Assembly (NCBI GenBank): GCA_023213395.1
Contig: CM041465.1
Span: 174,289,741-174,353,740 of the forward strand
Direction of reading: 5' to 3'
From: Cycas panzhihuaensis
Lineage: Eukaryota > Plantae > Cycadophyta
Length of the DNA stretch: 64,000 nucleotides
The first letter of the stretch is position 1. Every line of letters begins with the position of its first letter. The notes below the pieces were generated by a model. That model saw only the letters and a list, made by a program, of their open reading frames with translations, was not told the DNA's origin and searched no databases. Of the stretch, positions 62,601 through 64,000 are shown one piece after another. The position numbers were made by a program, and so were the translations under genes.

Positions 62601-64000
62601 CCTTGACTCTCTAGGCTTTAGCCCAAGTAAAAGGGTAGCAGTGGTGCTTACCATACATACATCATTCACACACACCATCTGAGCAGGTAACCGACGACAA
62701 TCCTTCCACCATCTTCAACCTCTTTAATAAAGCAATACTCCTGTAATTAAGGTGACCTAGGTGGTTGTGCCACAACTTACTCATGTCATCTATGCTGGCA
62801 ACAAAGGCGTAGGACTTCTTTTGAGATTGACAATTTTCAAACACCCAGAAGTTGTCCCTAACTTTCCCAATAGCCATGATAACAAAGTTCTATTTTGGAT
62901 CCTTAATCAGGCATTTGTCATCATAGAGTTCCACCTTCATACCTTGTTTGTAGATCTCTCGGGTTGAAAGAAGGTTCAACAACATCTTCAGTATATAGTA
63001 TACCCCAGTAAATTTACCTCCTACAATGGAAACTTCACCGATACCTTCTACTGGCAAGACACAAGCATCACCAAGGACAATATGAGCACCACTTTGATTT
63101 GAAGTTATTATATTAAAGTTATGCCTCTGGTAAGAAATATGCTTCTGTTCTCTAAAGTCAAGCACCCAATAATCTTTCTGATTAGATTCAGTTGATAAGG
63201 CTTTTGCTCGGATGTAGTGAGTAGCAATATTTTTCCCTTTATCATCCTGGTTGACTTTGCGCTTGTTACGACACTGGAACTAACAATTCTTCTCGTGGTG
63301 ACCATCCTTCTTATAATAATTGCATTTCCTGTTATACTTCTTTTTGTCTTGAGAACTTTCTCCTGACCTCTATATGATCTTCTCCTCCTTAGTGGCCTCC
63401 TTCATCTAAGTTTTCATGGCTAAGGCCTGACTTGAACCAGAACCTCCAATCATACCGTGATGTTTGAGCTCGGCATCCTTTGCTAGAATCAGATTTTTAA
63501 GCCTATTAAATGTCTCTACTTCCATCACTTTATCTCTACCATAAATAGTCTGGAATGTGGTGAAGACAGCCAACAATTTTAACATGATTATTGCGAGTAG
63601 TAATGCATCATTGATCAAGTTTGGCTTCAATTACTCTAGCTTATTCTTCAAGTCTGTAATCTTGTTAAGGTAGAAGCTGATGTTATTCTCATCCTCCACA
63701 CGAGTTGAGTAATTCCAACATTAGTGCCATATGCCTATTCGTCTGCTTCTTTTTAAATGTATCACATAATTTTCTCCATATCTCTGCTAGTTCATCAAGA
63801 TTGTGAATCAACACTCTCTGGTATGGTGCCAATTATAGTTTCAATAGTCCCACGACTATAAATTGCTTCTCTTCGAGACGAATATGCTCCTTATGGTCTA
63901 ATGGAATCGCGTCCACTTTTGCTTTGGTGATTCCCCAGAGTTGATTCACCATCAGAATAAGTTCCATATTGGCCTTCCACTTACTGAAATTGTTACCATT
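59614..64000 (-). mobile_element. Ty1/Copia family A copy 3 (3' LTR 59614-59987 plus degenerate gag-pol; 5' end outside window)
   Basis: LTR homologous to those of A1 and A2; PPT complement TCCCCCCTT 59988-59996; RH, RT, INT, PR and gag fragments 60358-63630 are collinear with A2. Confidence 0.95.

Noticed and set aside
1-64000. A1 and A3 as the two ends of one giant element
   Set aside because: Both contain the same gag/INT/RT segments, and the geometry (A1 5' LTR facing the A3 3' LTR) is wrong; they are separate insertions.

Overview
Repeat-dominated eukaryotic DNA, most consistent with a large land-plant genome (gymnosperm/fern-like; inferred from TE content only). Roughly 80-85% is nested retroelements. 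There are six Ty1/Copia insertions: three copies of one family (A1-A3) plus B, D and E; A2, D and E are full length with TSDs. There is a full-length non-chromoviral Ty3/Gypsy (C) with a tRNA-Glu-type PBS, a palindromic 19-bp minisatellite and a ~560-codon extra ORF, and an old chromovirus-like Gypsy (F) whose 5' LTR carries two Copia insertions. Several non-autonomous LTR derivatives (G, H, I, J), a decayed RTE-like LINE split into three pieces over ~27 kb, a poly(A)-tailed retroposon and a ~700-bp fold-back are also present. The only host-like signals are a candidate short terminal exon at 34400 (implying a >34-kb TE-filled intron) and a UGT N-terminal fragment. The most notable patterns are: (i) an inverted repeat that puts the PPT/LTR junction in a hairpin loop in five Copia-type families; (ii) stacked relic LTR-end/PBS units and a relic PPT, suggesting LTR boundaries that moved stepwise; (iii) the palindrome array, matching LTR palindrome and extra ORF of Gypsy C. 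All coordinates and identities were read by eye.
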